Shown: in pieces, positions 25,907 to 33,650 of the stretch
Layout of the letters: each line of letters opens with the position of its first letter
Position numbering within the stretch: the first letter of the stretch is position 1
Origin: Nanobdellota archaeon
GTDB taxonomy: Archaea > Nanobdellota > Nanobdellia > Pacearchaeales > GW2011-AR1
Assembly (NCBI GenBank): GCA_038045765.1
Contig: JBBSXN010000005.1
Coordinates: 136,218-200,217 of the forward strand
Direction: 5' to 3'
DNA length: 64,000 nucleotides
Position numbers and translations under genes: made by a program
Notes under the pieces: generated by a model
What the model was told of the DNA's origin: nothing
Databases searched by the model: none
The model's input: the letters and a program-made list of their open reading frames with translations, nothing else

Positions 25907-27040
25907 TTATTCCAATCCTAGGTTTTTCAGGATTGTTTTCTTTGTAAAAGGCGTGAGATCTTTGTAATCTTGTCCGGTACCTAGGAAGTAAATTGGTTTT
26001 TTGGTTATGTGGGAGACTGATAGGATGGTACCTGCTTTCTTATCTATATCTGCTTTGCTCAAAATTATTCCATCAATTCCTGCGGTTTCATTGAATGTTC
26101 TTGCTTGTTCAATTGCATCATTTCCAGTTATTGATTCTCCTACAAATATTTTTAGATCTGGTTTTGAGACGCGTATAATTTTTTCCATTTCTTTTAATAA
26201 GTTTGATTTTGTGTACATTCTTCCTGCTGTGTCTATTAGAACACATTGTATCTTATGAGATTTTGCGTATGAAATTGCATCAAATGCTACTGAAGAAGGG
26301 TCTGAACCATATTGGCTTGAAACAATTGGAACTTTCAATTTGTTTGCGTGTGTTTGAAGCTGTTCTATGCTAGCTGCACGAAAAGTGTCTGCAGCTGCTA
26401 ATACGCATGAAATTTTCTCTTCTTTTAGATAATGTGCTAGTTTCGCAATGGAAGTTGTTTTTCCAGTTCCATTTATTCCAAAGAAGAGAATGACGAAGGG
26501 TCCATCTTTCTTTTCTTTTATTTGTTTTATAATACTCGGAGGTTCTTGCAGAAGAGAAAGAATTGCTTCCTTTAAGGCAGCTAAGATTCTTGCAGGTGCT
26601 TCTGTTTTCTTTATCTGTTGATCTACTAAAGATTGTGATAGAGAAGCACGAATAGCATCCACTGCTTCTAATGCTACATTGTTTTCTAGTAAAGTTATTT
26701 CTAGGTCCTCAAAGGCCTCATCAAAATCAGTTTGTGAAAGTTTTGATGTTGATATTTTCCTTAGAAGTTTAGTGAAGAAGTTGCCTGATTCTTTTTCAGT
26801 TTCCTGGCTTTTTTCTATTTTTTCTGTTTGAATGGGCGTTTCAGATTCGGTTATCAGTTGATCTACTTCTTTATCGAGTTTTCTTTCTGAATATGTTTGA
26901 GATTTTGAGCTTTTTACAGATTTCGGCTTTTCTTTAATGCTCTTGCTCTCTGCTTTAGCTTTCTTTTTAGGTTTTTTCTCTACTTTTTCAGGCTTATTAG
27001 CTACCCAGCCTTGAATCTTTTTCTTTAGGAAATCAAACAT
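25907..27040 (-). CDS. ftsY: SRP receptor FtsY
   Basis: Charged Lys/Glu-rich N-terminal region, then GINGTGKTTSIAKLA, DTAGR, SKADIDKKAGT. Confidence 0.9.
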   Translation of the reverse strand: MFDFLKKKIQGWVANKPEKVEKKPKKKAKAESKSIKEKPKSVKSSKSQTYSERKLDKEVDQLITESETPIQTEKIEKSQETEKESGNFFTKLLRKISTSKLSQTDFDEAFEDLEITLLENNVALEAVDAIRASLSQSLVDQQIKKTEAPARILAALKEAILSLLQEPPSIIKQIKEKKDGPFVILFFGINGTGKTTSIAKLAHYLKEEKISCVLAAADTFRAASIEQLQTHANKLKVPIVSSQYGSDPSSVAFDAISYAKSHKIQCVLIDTAGRMYTKSNLLKEMEKIIRVSKPDLKIFVGESITGNDAIEQARTFNETAGIDGIILSKADIDKKAGTILSVSHITKKPIYFLGTGQDYKDLTPFTKKTILKNLGLE

Positions 27041-27156
27041 ATTTGAGGATATGCACAGGGTTTTATAAATATAGAGAATTCAAGTAAATTGAGCCTTGAA
27101 GTTATCACCCATGAGAGTACAATCATTTTTATAAAGAGTTTTTGACCTCTTTTAAT

Positions 27157-27714
27157 ATGCTTAATTATAATGATGTTTACGAGATATTGAGAAAAGAAAA
27201 GTATAGTGAGATTCTACAGCCATTACCTAAGGATTTTCTTAAGGATGTTGGAGAGTACTTGAATGATAGGAAAGAACAGAGTGCAAAGGATGAGGATATG
27301 TTCAATGAAAGCGTTTTAAAGAATAAGAAACAGCTTGAGAATTCTATAGCTTTGTTTAAGGAGATTATACTTAGAAGGAAAAAGAAGCTATTGAATTTGG
27401 TCTTTGTGGCTACTGAAACGGGCATAATGAAGAGAGATTATGAGAATATGATGCCTTTTGAGAAGGAGATGTTTGATAATTTAGTAAGGGCTTTTGAAGA
27501 AGGAGATAAGATGCTTACTAGAATAATGCAGGGAAAGAATGAAACTTATAAAGAGGAAAATACTATGATCATCTTTAGCCAGAATGTTGATAAGTTCGTA
27601 GATATGTCTGGGAATACTATTGGGCCTTTTTCTTCTGGGGAACTAGCTAATTTAGATAGAGTTGTTTCAGAGATATTGATTTCAGATGGAAAGGCTAGAA
27701 AGGTTGATGATTAG
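27157..27714 (+). CDS. GINS-like replication complex subunit (Gins51-type), tentative
   Basis: The N-terminus YEILRKEKYSEILQPLPKDFLKDVGEYLNDRKEQ resembles archaeal GINS A-domains. ATG lies ~27 nt after TTTTATAAAG. Assigned by pattern only. Confidence 0.5.
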   Translation: MLNYNDVYEILRKEKYSEILQPLPKDFLKDVGEYLNDRKEQSAKDEDMFNESVLKNKKQLENSIALFKEIILRRKKKLLNLVFVATETGIMKRDYENMMPFEKEMFDNLVRAFEEGDKMLTRIMQGKNETYKEENTMIIFSQNVDKFVDMSGNTIGPFSSGELANLDRVVSEILISDGKARKVDD

Positions 27715-28325
27715 TTTCTTTTTGGGAATGCTTCTTTTCTATTTCTAATGAATATAGTTATTGCATAAATTATTGAGCCTATGTAACCCAGTATTAGGTC
27801 ATTCATTGTATCACTTAATGGTTCTTGAAGAAGGTTGAATTTTTCAAAACCTGCTAAATCTCTAATATATACTCCTTGAAGTTTTAGGTCAAATAGTCTG
27901 TCTAGTATAAATTCAGTTATTTCAAATAATCCTAAAATTCCCGCTGTTATGAAGAAAGTGTAGGTTATTTTCCATTTCAGTTCTAGATTTAATTTATCCA
28001 CCATATGGTATGTAATTATACTCATTAAAATTGGAATTATGAAGTGCTGTATTTTGTCATAATTAGGATATAAGTAATATAATGGACTTAGCATTAAAGT
28101 CACTAATGCAATTATAATAACTATTAGGTAATGATGCATTTTATATCTTAGATCAAAGAAATGGTCTATGAAGTAGAAAAATGAAAGAGCGAATATTGTG
28201 GCTATTACTCTTAATATAAATGATGCATTTTGGAAGAAATATATAGCAAGAAGAAGGGCAATTGATAAACCAATTACTGTTCTTCTTTTGTGCTGGTAAA
28301 TATAAGATTGTTTATTAGTGTGCAT
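27711..28325 (-). CDS. polytopic membrane protein, hypothetical
   Basis: 204 aa with about 6 TM helices. No motif recognised. Confidence 0.5.
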   Translation of the reverse strand: MHTNKQSYIYQHKRRTVIGLSIALLLAIYFFQNASFILRVIATIFALSFFYFIDHFFDLRYKMHHYLIVIIIALVTLMLSPLYYLYPNYDKIQHFIIPILMSIITYHMVDKLNLELKWKITYTFFITAGILGLFEITEFILDRLFDLKLQGVYIRDLAGFEKFNLLQEPLSDTMNDLILGYIGSIIYAITIFIRNRKEAFPKRN

Positions 28326-28364
28326 CTAATATATATGTTTGAGTGATATTAAATAGGTTATCAT

Positions 28365-28390
28365 TAGAACCAAGGTTCTAAGACTCCTTT
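28365..28390. repeat. 26-nt element TAGAACCAAGGTTCTAAGACTCCTTT, copy 1
   Basis: Contains the near-palindrome AGAACCAAGGTTCT (28366-28379). Lies just upstream of TTTTATAC and the ATG at 28438. Confidence 0.6.
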
Positions 28391-28437
28391 TTATACTGAA
28401 CCACAATCTTTAAGTATTATTTCTTGACCTAAATTTT

Positions 28438-29658
28438 ATGGATAGATTAAGACCCGTAACTCCAAGTTTTTCGCATGCATTTACAAGATTATTAAATGAT
28501 GTAGAGATAGAGAGAGCAATTAGAGATCGATCTATTTATTTAGACAGGCCGGAAGTTTATCTTGATAAACGCAGAAAAGATTTAATTCAGCCAGCAAGTA
28601 TGGATTTATTGCTTTTAAGAGAAGAAGAAACTGAGCCTATTTTATCTGAGGAATTTTTAGAATCTAGAGGAAGAAAAGAAGTTAAAGAACATTATGTTTG
28701 TGATGTTCATCCGAATTTAAGTAGAGATTTTATAACTTTTTGGCCAGGGCATCAAACAGAAGTGGCTGTAATGCATCTTCAAGATTGGAGTCATGATATT
28801 CTAGCTGCTGAAATAGAATTGAGAAGTACCTTAAGGAGAGCTGGATTAGATATAGGTTTTAACCCATTTGGATTAGGTAGGCAAGGTCTAAATGATTATT
28901 GCTTTTTCTCAATAAGAAATCCTCAGTCATATCCCGTTTCAATAGAAAAAGGAGCAAAAATCGCTCAATTATTATGGTTAGATAGGCGTTTACAAGATAA
29001 ACAAGATTTCGTTTTTGTTGATGGAGTAAATTATCTTAAAGATGTTTGTCCAATTAAATTTGGTTCTGGAATTCCAATTTGTAATAATCAAGGTCTATTA
29101 AAATTAATAGAATCAGGAGACTTAGGAATTTCACCTAGAGCTACACTAGAATCAGGAGTAGTCGTATTTCATTCGGGAAATATTGCAAGTTACAATGGAC
29201 AACAGCACGTAGTAATGAAAAGAGAAGGTAAGCCTGAAGGTATTTCTGTTGTTCAAAGAAATCAAGCCATTTTTAATATTGAGCCAGGTCAATTTGTAGA
29301 TATAGAAACAAGAGAAAAAATTAGACTGAGCAATAAGGTGGGAATGCATGTATATTATTCTTTTAATCAATCAAATGATATGTTAGAAGGTTGGAGTATT
29401 GAAGATGTAATAAATGATATTTCTACAAAATCCTCTTCTGGTGGTTGGGTAGATCCAGGTTATGGTTCAAAAACACCAGAGGGTGCAGTCTTCTCAGCTC
29501 AAAGAAAAGCATTTACAAAACCAATAACTATCAGAGAAGGAGATCCAATTGCAGTAGGTATTGTTTATTATTTTCCAAAGGGAGTTGGATTAGAATATGG
29601 GTGTGGAAGAGGATCACATTATGATGGTGCGAGCAAATTTCTAGCACCGAAAGGATAA
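28438..29658 (+). CDS. double-length dCTP deaminase/dUTPase-fold paralogue, catalytic Glu apparently absent
   Basis: IQPASMDLLL, ELRSTLRRAGL, FFSIRNPQSYP (Ser where Dcd has the LEF Glu). C-half GGWVDPGYGS...AVFSAQR and YYFPKGVGLEYG...HYDG parallel ORF 10207-11442. Confidence 0.6.
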   Translation: MDRLRPVTPSFSHAFTRLLNDVEIERAIRDRSIYLDRPEVYLDKRRKDLIQPASMDLLLLREEETEPILSEEFLESRGRKEVKEHYVCDVHPNLSRDFITFWPGHQTEVAVMHLQDWSHDILAAEIELRSTLRRAGLDIGFNPFGLGRQGLNDYCFFSIRNPQSYPVSIEKGAKIAQLLWLDRRLQDKQDFVFVDGVNYLKDVCPIKFGSGIPICNNQGLLKLIESGDLGISPRATLESGVVVFHSGNIASYNGQQHVVMKREGKPEGISVVQRNQAIFNIEPGQFVDIETREKIRLSNKVGMHVYYSFNQSNDMLEGWSIEDVINDISTKSSSGGWVDPGYGSKTPEGAVFSAQRKAFTKPITIREGDPIAVGIVYYFPKGVGLEYGCGRGSHYDGASKFLAPKG

Positions 29659-29668
29659 TCAGATTTAT

Positions 29669-30172
29669 TTAATTTTCTATTTTAGGCAGGCGATTTAAAA
29701 TTTCCTTTACAACTTGGTTTTTATTTTTTCTATTAGTATCTATTACGATGCCGTAATTAAATCGAGATACAAGATTATAGACTGCGTGTGCGGCTCCTTG
29801 ACCATAAACTTTACTTCTTTTACTATCTCTATTTATACAAACTTCAACAGGAGCTTTTAAGTCAAAAACAATTTGCTTAAATTTCAAGCTTTTCTCTAAA
29901 TGGGAGATTTGTTCTTTATGATAAAAGCAACCGTCCAAAATAACGATTTTCTTATTTTTTAGAGCTTTTTTTATTTCAGGAAGAATGATATTATTAGCTT
30001 TAATAAAATTCCTTACGGGAATGCAAGGCTCTTTTCCTCTTTTGTCTAAGTTATTATCTGAGAGGATTTTATCCATAGAGAAATATTTCGCTTTTAACTG
30101 TTTGCTTAAAAGTTTAGAGATTGTAGTCTTACCAATTCCTAATGGTCCTCTAATTATAATATAATATGACAT
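29669..30172 (-). CDS. P-loop NTPase / small-molecule kinase-like protein
   Basis: Walker A IIIRGPLGIGKTTISKLL at the extreme N-terminus, Walker-B-like IVILDGCF, 167 aa. Confidence 0.6.
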   Translation of the reverse strand: MSYYIIIRGPLGIGKTTISKLLSKQLKAKYFSMDKILSDNNLDKRGKEPCIPVRNFIKANNIILPEIKKALKNKKIVILDGCFYHKEQISHLEKSLKFKQIVFDLKAPVEVCINRDSKRSKVYGQGAAHAVYNLVSRFNYGIVIDTNRKNKNQVVKEILNRLPKIEN

Positions 30173-30216
30173 ATAAGAAGATATTCTGCTTTAATTTTAA
30201 ATCTATTTAAAATAAA

Positions 30217-30306
30217 AGCCTCCAGGGGGAATCGAACCCCCGACCCCTAGTTTTTTTGGTCGATTCTTACAAAACTAGTGCTCTAAGCCAACTGAGCTAT
30301 GGAGGC
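30217..30306 (-). tRNA. tRNA-Thr(TGT) with 15-nt intron at 37/38
   Basis: Minus strand GCCTCCATAGCTCAGTTGGCTTAGAGCA-CTAGT-TTTGTA[agaatcgaccaaaaa]A-ACTAG-GGGTC-GGGGGTTCGATTCCCCC-TGGAGGC-T. Intron CAAAA can pair with the TTTTG of the anticodon region. Confidence 0.8.
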
Positions 30307-30310
30307 AAAC

Positions 30311-30350
30311 TAGAACCAAGGTTCTAAGGTTTTTATCCTAAGACTCCTTT
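30311..30350. repeat. 26-nt element, copy 2 (with 14-nt internal insertion)
   Basis: TAGAACCAAGGTTCTAAG[gtttttatcctaag]ACTCCTTT; begins 5 nt upstream of the tRNA-Thr 5' end. Confidence 0.6.
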
Positions 30351-30432
30351 ATTCCAACTATTATATTGATTATAATGCTATTAAAAAGGTTTTGATTAAG
30401 CTTAAATAGACTTTAATTGTGGTAAAATAGTT

Positions 30433-30504
30433 GGCACTATAGTCTATCGGTTAGGACACATCTTTGACGTGGATGGAGGCCCAGTTCAACTCTGGGTAGT
30501 GCCA
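30433..30504 (+). tRNA. tRNA-Val(GAC)
   Basis: GGCACTATAGTCTATCGGTTAGGAC..., anticodon stem-loop CATCT-TTGACGT-GGATG, T-arm CCCAG-TTCAACT-CTGGG, 3' strand TAGTGCC-A. Confidence 0.85.
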
Positions 30505-30564
30505 TTTTCCTCTTTTGCGAAAATTTATATACTAGAAAGGTGTTGTTGTAGGATATACATTAGT

Positions 30565-31062
30565 ATGAGTTGGAAAGAGTTTTACTTTATAGGGTGTATG
30601 TTTCTTTTAGTTGTTGGAGTGTTTGTTTTTTCATCTTTTAGCTTTGTTAGTGCTGTGAGCAATAGTACTATCAATTTTAAAGTGGATATATTTGCTCCAC
30701 CTGCACCTGTTGTTAGGTTATCTTTGCCAGATAATATATATCTTGGAAATGTTTCTAAGGGAACGGAAACTGAGAAAGTGAAAGTTGAGTTTAATAATAC
30801 TGGAACTGTAGCAATTATAATAACTCCGCAGTTGAATGATAATAGTGAAAATATATTCAATTATACCTATTTTGCTAGAAGAACAACAGATAGTTATCAG
30901 AGAATAGGTCTTTGGAGCATGAATGTATCTGCTCCAGGTACTTCAGGTATCGAGGGAGATTACTTTTATGCTAAATTAGATTTAAGAAACTATCCTGGAA
31001 ACTTTACATCTGATTTAATCGCATATACAGTACCAATTAAGATATTAGCTGTTTCACAATGA
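30565..31062 (+). CDS. exported beta-rich protein (165 aa), first gene of surface operon A
   Basis: The track ORF starts at 30469 inside tRNA-Val. ATG 30565 gives Sec-type signal MSWKEFYFIGCMFLLVVGVFVFSSFSFVSA. Several NxS/T sequons; no family recognised. Confidence 0.55.
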   Translation: MSWKEFYFIGCMFLLVVGVFVFSSFSFVSAVSNSTINFKVDIFAPPAPVVRLSLPDNIYLGNVSKGTETEKVKVEFNNTGTVAIIITPQLNDNSENIFNYTYFARRTTDSYQRIGLWSMNVSAPGTSGIEGDYFYAKLDLRNYPGNFTSDLIAYTVPIKILAVSQ

Positions 31063-31622
31063 GATTATTTGTTTTTTTGGTTGCTTTTTTATTAATGATT
31101 GGATTTGTTTCTGGAGTTGAAATAGGAGTTAGTCCACCTGAACTGATATTTTCAGATAGTGTAGGGGAGAGTTGTCAGGAAATTAAGATAATGTCTGAAG
31201 ATAAGCTATTGTTTAATCTTGAAGATAAGTGGAATACTATTTCTAATAGTAGAAGTCCGGTATTTTATACTGGAAATAGTGATGAGGCTGGAGTGGTCGT
31301 TAGTTATGAAAGACAAGTTGTTGTTAGTGATGGCTTTAAGATTGTGAAAGTATGTTTAAAGAGTGTTGAAGAGGGTAAAAAGCACGGAATTTTGATATTT
31401 GAGAGTAATGGAGCAAGTTTGGGAGTTAGAATTCAGGTCAAAAGTGAGGAAAATAAGGAAATTGAAAGATTAATTGGAATTACTGGGGGCGTTGTTAATA
31501 ATGATGGAGATAATATCTTCTTTGAAGGTAATAGGATAGTTTTATACCTCTTATTGTTTGACTTGGTTTTATTTGTAGTATTAATATATCTACTTTATAT
31601 GCTAAATAGAAGAAAGACTTAG
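31059..31622 (+). CDS. exported protein with C-terminal TM anchor (187 aa)
   Basis: ATGA overlap with the previous gene. Signal MRLFVFLVAFLLMIGFVSG, beta-rich body, C-terminal IVLYLLLFDLVLFVVLIYLLYML-NRRKT anchor. Confidence 0.55.
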   Translation: MRLFVFLVAFLLMIGFVSGVEIGVSPPELIFSDSVGESCQEIKIMSEDKLLFNLEDKWNTISNSRSPVFYTGNSDEAGVVVSYERQVVVSDGFKIVKVCLKSVEEGKKHGILIFESNGASLGVRIQVKSEENKEIERLIGITGGVVNNDGDNIFFEGNRIVLYLLLFDLVLFVVLIYLLYMLNRRKT

Positions 31623-31693
31623 TTACTTAGTAAGTAATTAAGTTAATAAGCAAGATTTATATAGAGTTATTGATTTGTTTGCTGATAGTTATT

Positions 31694-31828
31694 ATGAAGA
31701 AATATTTACTTTTAATAGAGGATGAGAAGCTTTGGGAGAGATTTAAAGAGAATAATCAGAGTGATTTAAACACTGAGATAATTGATTTAATTAAAAGAAG
31801 AGTGGAGAGTAGAAATGTTAAGAAATAA
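31694..31828 (+). CDS. 44-aa ORF, possible ribbon-helix-helix-like mini-protein
   Basis: MKKYLLLIEDEKLWERFKENNQSDLNTEIIDLIKRRVESRNVKK. Overlaps the start of the 611-aa ORF; preceded by palindrome TTACTTAGTAAGTAA and GATTTATATAG. Speculative. Confidence 0.2.
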   Translation: MKKYLLLIEDEKLWERFKENNQSDLNTEIIDLIKRRVESRNVKK

Positions 31829-33650
31829 TTTAATAGGTAAAAAAGGACAGGTGAGTTTATTTGTAGTTGTGGCTTTAGTGTTGGTAATTGGTGTGGGAGT
31901 TTATTTTGGGATAAGCAAAGGAATATTCTCTTTTGATGAAAGTGAGAGTTTTACAGAAGTTTACAATTATTATGATGAATGTGTGAAACAAGATGGATTG
32001 AAGGCGTTAGATATAGCTGGAAGTCAGGGTGGGAGAATAGAGGTTGGAGAGTATGTGCCTGGAAGTGATTATGCTCCATTTTCTTCTCAGTTGAATTTTC
32101 TTGGTTTTCCTGTTCCTTACTGGTATTATATAGGTGGAAATGGGCTCGTAAAAGAGAATGTTCCAAGCAAGGCAGATGTTGAAAAAGAAATTGAAAATTA
32201 TCTTGTGCAGAGAACATTAGATTGTGATTTTACCCCTTTAGCTGAGAGAGGATTTAGTGTTGGTTTGAATGATGTAGATTTTGATGTTAGTATTAATGAT
32301 GATTTTATTCAGGTTAAGTCTAATACTGTATTAAATGTTGAGAAGGATGGGAAAAGTGCAGAGACAAAAGGAAGAACTTTGCAGATAAATAGTAATTTTG
32401 GTAAAATGCTAACTACTGCTCAGGATTTATATGAAAAACAGATAAATGAAGCAATACTTGAAAATTATAGCGTGGATGTTTTGAGACTTTATGCTCCTGT
32501 TGATGGGGTAGAAATACAATGCAGTCCTAAAATATGGAAAGCACAAGAAGTTGTTGATGAATTGCAAAATGCTTTGCAGAGTAATATTAATAGCATAAAA
32601 TTTAATACTGAGAAAGATAGTTATTTCTCTGTTAATTATCAGAGCGAATTTGAGATAAATACTCTTTACTCAAGACAGTGGCCTTGGAAAGTAGAGGTAT
32701 ATGGTGCTGAAGATGGCTTAATGATTGCTGAACCTGTCGGAAATCAGAATGGAATGGGTTTAATGGGCTTTTGTTATGTTCCATATCATTATGTCTATGA
32801 TGTAAGTTATCCTGTGATGTTTCAGATAAGTTCTGGAGAGGAATTATTTCAATTTCCAGTTGCTGTTGTAATAGATAAAAATGTTCCTAGGCAAGCTGAG
32901 CAGGTTGAGTTATTTGATGATAATTCTAACTTCGATTTGTGTAAGGATAAAACTCAAGACATTCAGATAAGAACTTTTGATAGTAATTTGAATAGTGTTG
33001 AGGCTGATTTAAGTTATGAATGCTTTAATCAGAAGTGTGCTTTAGGAAAGACGAATAATGGTGTGTTTAGTGGTAAATCTCCTGCATGTGTAAATGGAAG
33101 GATAATTGCAAAAGCTGAAGGTTATCAGGATTATAGTGAATTGTTTTCAAGTAATGAAGAAAGTAGTAAGGATTTGATTATGGATAAATTGTATGATGTA
33201 GATATTGAAGTTAGTGTTTCGGGTAAGAATGTAAATGATATGGCTATAGTAGTATTTAATGGAAAGAGGACTGCTTTTGCTTCTCTTCCAGATAATAATA
33301 AAGTTAGAATTGCTGAAGGATCGTATAATGTAAGTGTGTATATTTATTCTAATTCAAGTTTGAAGATACCTGAAAGTAAGAAAACTGAATGCAGGGAAGT
33401 TTTTAAGTCAGGAATACAAGGAGCGCTTGGATTTACAGAAGAGAAGTGCTTTGATATTGTAATTCCAGCTACTAATCTTGATTTTGCTTTGGTTGGAGGT
33501 GGAAAATCGGAAAGCTATGTTCTTGCTTCACAATTGGAAAGTGGAAAGATAAAAATAGATGCTGATAGTTTACCTTTGCCTGATTCAATTGAGAAATTGC
33601 AACAGAATTATGCTACTTTTGAAACTTTGAATTTGGAGGTTGGAGCATGA
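31815..33650 (+). CDS. large exported protein (611 aa) with type-IV-pilin-like (class III) signal
   Basis: MLRNNLIGKKGQ-VSLFVVVALVLVIGVGVYFGI has K-G-Q followed by a ~20-residue hydrophobic helix. The rest is hydrophilic with scattered Cys. No family recognised. Confidence 0.6.
   Translation: MLRNNLIGKKGQVSLFVVVALVLVIGVGVYFGISKGIFSFDESESFTEVYNYYDECVKQDGLKALDIAGSQGGRIEVGEYVPGSDYAPFSSQLNFLGFPVPYWYYIGGNGLVKENVPSKADVEKEIENYLVQRTLDCDFTPLAERGFSVGLNDVDFDVSINDDFIQVKSNTVLNVEKDGKSAETKGRTLQINSNFGKMLTTAQDLYEKQINEAILENYSVDVLRLYAPVDGVEIQCSPKIWKAQEVVDELQNALQSNINSIKFNTEKDSYFSVNYQSEFEINTLYSRQWPWKVEVYGAEDGLMIAEPVGNQNGMGLMGFCYVPYHYVYDVSYPVMFQISSGEELFQFPVAVVIDKNVPRQAEQVELFDDNSNFDLCKDKTQDIQIRTFDSNLNSVEADLSYECFNQKCALGKTNNGVFSGKSPACVNGRIIAKAEGYQDYSELFSSNEESSKDLIMDKLYDVDIEVSVSGKNVNDMAIVVFNGKRTAFASLPDNNKVRIAEGSYNVSVYIYSNSSLKIPESKKTECREVFKSGIQGALGFTEEKCFDIVIPATNLDFALVGGGKSESYVLASQLESGKIKIDADSLPLPDSIEKLQQNYATFETLNLEVGA

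Noticed and set aside
27079-27100. Third CAAG/CTTG-based hairpin (TTCAAG-N10-CTTGAA) between the ftsY and GINS-like promoters
   Set aside because: It has only 6-bp arms and lacks the AGCATCCTAAAA tail. Such short AT-rich palindromes are expected by chance.
28438-30172. dCTP-deaminase + kinase nucleotide-depletion defence system
   Set aside because: The genes are convergent, not fused or co-transcribed. The deaminase-like protein seems to lack the catalytic Glu. A housekeeping-like paralogue exists at 10207. Not supportable from sequence alone.
28365-30350. Integrated mobile element delimited by the 26-nt direct repeats next to tRNA-Thr
   Set aside because: There is no integrase, transposase or viral gene inside. 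The repeat is outside the tRNA body, and a third copy at another tRNA argues for a regulatory or processing motif. Kept only as one alternative in the finding.
30469-30564. N-terminal 32 codons of track ORF 30469..31062
   Set aside because: They overlap tRNA-Val (30433-30504) and encode no signal. ATG 30565 gives a proper Sec signal and sits downstream of a TATA-like AAATTTATATAC.
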